NCBI RefSeq assembly: GCF_004010195.1
Contig: NC_057718.1
Location: 84,381,586 to 84,445,585, forward strand
Source: Chiloscyllium plagiosum
Taxonomy: Eukaryota
Reading direction: 5' to 3'
Length of the DNA stretch: 64,000 nt
Under the pieces are notes generated by a model. That model was given only the letters and a program-made list of their open reading frames with translations, was not told where the DNA came from and searched no databases. Of this stretch, positions 62,575 to 64,000 are shown piece after piece. Positions within the stretch are counted from its first letter, which is position 1; each line of letters begins with the position of its first letter. The translations under genes were made by a program, and so were the position numbers.

Positions 62575-64000
62575 TGCAATAGGGGAAATGCACTGTCCCA
62601 GTGTGCAACATCCATTGGCTTTGACTTCCAATTGATGATCACGTTTTAGAACACTTTTTTTTATTTTGCTACAGGATTGTTTATGGGTTTTTAAACCTGT
62701 AGTGTGTTCAAGTAGTTGCTTTACAGTATCATTAACTATTTAGTCACCAATACGTTTATGATCACAAATGTATTTCAATGAATGAGTGAGGATAATGCAG
62801 CTGATGCGGTTACTTGGGATTCCAGGAAACCTTTGATAAAGTACCATGTAGCAGTCTTGTAAGCAGATGTAAACCCTTGAAGTAAGAGACTGTGGTAGTA
62901 TGGTTGAGAAGTTGATTTCAAGACCAAGAAACAGTAGGGGTGAGTATGCTTATTTCAGGTTAGGGGACCATATAAAGTGGAGTTTCTAAGGAGTCTTATT
63001 CAGACCATGTCTTTTCCTGTTCTCTAAATAATTTGACCATGAGTATGCAGGACACAATTTCAAAATTTGCTGATTCCACAAGATTTGGAAGTACTGTGAA
63101 GAAGAGAATGATAGAAATTAAGAGGTATTTAGAGTTGGTGGTTGGAGTGAGTGGTATATTCTGGTAGAAAGAGCGAGGAGAGGCAGTATAAAAGATTATT
63201 GCACAAACCTTTGAAGTTGACAGTGTAGGTTGAGAAAATCGCATATGAATATCTATCAGAATGATCCTGAGCTTCAGGAGAAATTTGATTGAGATGCTGA
63301 AAATCATGAGGGGTCCAGATTGAGTAGATCTTATTATTCACTTATAAAATGTAGACATCACTGGCTGTGTTAGCATTTATTGCCCAGAAGACAGTTAAAA
63401 GTCAACCACATTGGTATGGGTTTGCACTCGCCTGTAGACTATTAGGTAAGGACATGAGTGAGCAACTATTCTCATTGGTTTCAGAGCCACCATGCCCAAT
63501 TACAATAGCGTAAGAATGAAATTTTGAGAAGAGAAAACGTTTTCAAGAGTGTATAAGGTCTGGGATGCGCTGCCTGAGAAAACAGAATCCATTTGTGGCT
63601 TTTAAAAGTGAATTGATTAATTACCTGAAGAGAGAATGTGTGGAGCTGTAAGGTTGTGGGATTGGAAGATGTGCTGTTGCAGTAAGTGGGCATGGACCTT
63701 GCATCCAAATAAGCTCATCCAGTGCTCAAAAATGGATATAAAACATTTATTGACACCACTAGGTGAAGAGAAGGGGCGTTAAGTCTACCCCTCAACCAGC
63801 ATCACCAAAGCCATTTATATGATGTGTTGACTCATTGCTGCTTGAGATTGTTGCTCGACAGGTTTGTTATTAAGTTTCCTATATTACTGTGGTGACTATG
63901 AATCTGATGTACTCCATGGATGTAAAGTTAATTTGGATATTTTGAGGTTTTGAAAGCTGCATATAAGAGCATGGCATGAGTAGGCCTTTCAGTTTCTTGA

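Overview
Repeat-rich vertebrate DNA, almost certainly from a shark or other cartilaginous fish (inferred from HE1-like tRNA-SINEs with (AATCT)n tails plus CR1, L1 and Penelope families). Two genes lie head to head. GALM is on the minus strand (exon 1 6191-6377, exon 2 622-776) and continues off the left edge. HNRNPLL is on the plus strand (exons 39103-39261, 52317-52483, 61950-62187, 62480-62565) and continues off the right edge. HNRNPLL has an (Asp-Arg)7 repeat in exon 2 and a minor-spliceosome AT-AC-type donor after exon 4. The most striking feature is in HNRNPLL intron 1 and is missed by the ORF track: a decayed, antisense LTR/ERV-like unit (about 45595-49814). It has a tRNA-Ser primer-binding site, a splice donor, an array of tRNA T-arm/B-box-like motifs, a polypurine tract and a 3' LTR. 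Instead of gag/pol it carries a spliced, internally deleted RBPMS2 retrocopy, which suggests host-mRNA capture by an LTR element. The rest is nested LINE, SINE and Penelope sequence, including palindromic Penelope termini with hammerhead-like cores. Assembly gaps lie at 10030-10127 and 30528-31027. All alignments and family calls were made by eye from remembered sequences, and repeat boundaries are approximate.
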